A DNA stretch of 64,000 bases from Oopsacas minuta (Eukaryota; Animalia; Porifera). The DNA is taken from contig JAKMXF010000044.1 in NCBI GenBank assembly GCA_024704765.1, positions 868,001 to 932,000 of the forward strand, in the 5' to 3' direction. Within the stretch, counting starts at the first letter, position 1; every line of letters begins with the position of its first letter. The notes under the pieces were generated by a model. That model saw only the letters and a list, made by a program, of their open reading frames with translations. It made no database searches and had not been told where the DNA came from. A program made the position numbers and the translations under genes. Below, piece after piece: positions 62,808 to 64,000 of this stretch.

Positions 62808-63354
62808 GTGTCACAGTGATTAGTGTCCTCCGAACATTATTCCGAAGTGTGTAATGCATACTCACTAGCCCCCTGTAACTGTTTCCCAGGATATTTTCTA
62901 GAAATCTCAGGATTTTCAAATATTAAATGTATATAATATAAAAATGTCAGAAATATCCAATATTTTCCCTGGATTTAGCAATTCCCCCCTGGTTCATATA
63001 TCAAATACCTGGCTAACCCAGGACTCCATGAATGGTTGGCAATTATGACAATGTTCGGGGAACACAAATCCTTAGTGGATAATGCTCGAGGGGAACCATA
63101 TTCACTAGTGAATATGGGGGAACACTTTGTTAAACTAAATGTAACGCAGATACTAAGATTGTTAAATACAAAGCATATTCCACTCAGCTCACAGGCAATG
63201 ATATATACTCAATTTCGTATTCGAACAGTCCTAACTAAATACTTCAATTAACTTTGGTCGTAATAGTGAAACCTCTTGAACTGTAACACACTATTCACTA
63301 GGGAATAATGTTCGGGGGGACACTATTCACGGGGAACACTATTCGCTCTGACAC
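62808..63354. mobile_element. Non-coding TIR-bounded repeat (GTGTCA...TGACAC) with internal GGAACAC/ATTCACTAG repeats
   Basis: The left end GTGTCACAGTGATTAGTGTCCTCCGAACATTATTCC is mirrored by GGAATAATGTTCGGGGGGACACTATTCAC...TGACAC. A partial copy lies at 3165-3362. No TSD was found. Confidence 0.6.
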
Positions 63355-64000
63355 ATGAGTTATATGGCAATTCATAACAAATATTTTCGTAGGGCAGGGT
63401 TCCACTAACTGGGTTATCCAGGCCTGATAGCTCAATGCAAATTATATTACATGTGTCAAGTAGTACTGATACACAATATACATCGAGTAAAATATTTCAT
63501 CTCAATCTGAACAAATAGTTAAGAGTTCTGAAATATTCAAGAGATAATATTCCATACGTTTATACTTTGTACAAATACCATTGCGTAAAGTTGCATAACC
63601 GGATGTAATAATGTCTGTTGTGTAACCATAACTGTGACCCGTAACAGGTCACAGGCGTAAGTGGCTTAGAAATTTGTAGTACATGTTTGAGATAATTAAG
63701 AAATGACAGGGCTTTGAAAATAATATTTTTCTTGCCTAAAAATTGGAAAATTCAGATTTTGCATATATTGGGTTCTTATCTCTCTTGAGATAAGAGTAGA
63801 ATGTGCAAACCCGCAGAATTATATCAAAGTAAATACAGTAGAACTCGGATAAGAGGTACAAATTTATTTTTCCCAAGCCGAGGGTACATCCGAGTTCTAT
63901 CAAGAGATAACTATAATGGAATTTCCTGTTTTCTGTATATGTATATGCATCTCCTCACATTTAACAAGTCATGCTGAAATGAGATACTAATGACTAGTAA

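Noticed and set aside
429-63251. Many 60-150 aa ORFs antisense to, or overlapping, real genes (e.g. 1739+, 8635-, 25278-, 43407+, 58466+)
   Set aside because: They are shadow frames of conserved coding exons, with no motifs of their own.
1-64000. tRNA, rRNA, snRNA or SL RNA genes
   Set aside because: None was recognisable by eye; tRNAscan-SE or Infernal would be needed to exclude them.

Overview
AT-rich, compact, intron-poor animal genomic DNA, not prokaryotic. Gene content, GT-AG introns of about 60 bp and up, and tight packing suggest an early-branching invertebrate, possibly a glass sponge (inference only). Layout: TM2-domain gene (+) and granulin (-); a plus-strand run KMT2E/SETD5-like, NDUFV1, kelch gene, orphan coiled-coil gene, TFAM-like and a TFAM-like pseudogene; an AIG1-GTPase pseudogene (-); TBCD (+); a ~15 kb island of DNA-transposon remains (two P/THAP9, two rve integrases, a nearly intact pogo, a long foldback, Merlin, a KDZ-like fragment); then a minus-strand run ATP8B flippase, HINT3, METTL22, ABHD13, myosin-X. 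Larger introns are filled with TA-targeting MITEs, hAT MITEs and a probable non-autonomous Helitron. Best leads: (1) operon-like gene runs with 78-118 nt spacers and splice-acceptor-like YAG abutting start codons, suggesting SL trans-splicing; (2) a DD35D pogo transposase with an N-terminal C2H2 finger and a C-terminal Tudor-like domain; (3) an orphan protein with SILK/GILK and RVxF-type PP1-docking motifs; (4) a foldback with ~480 bp arms. All calls are by eye; no searches were run.
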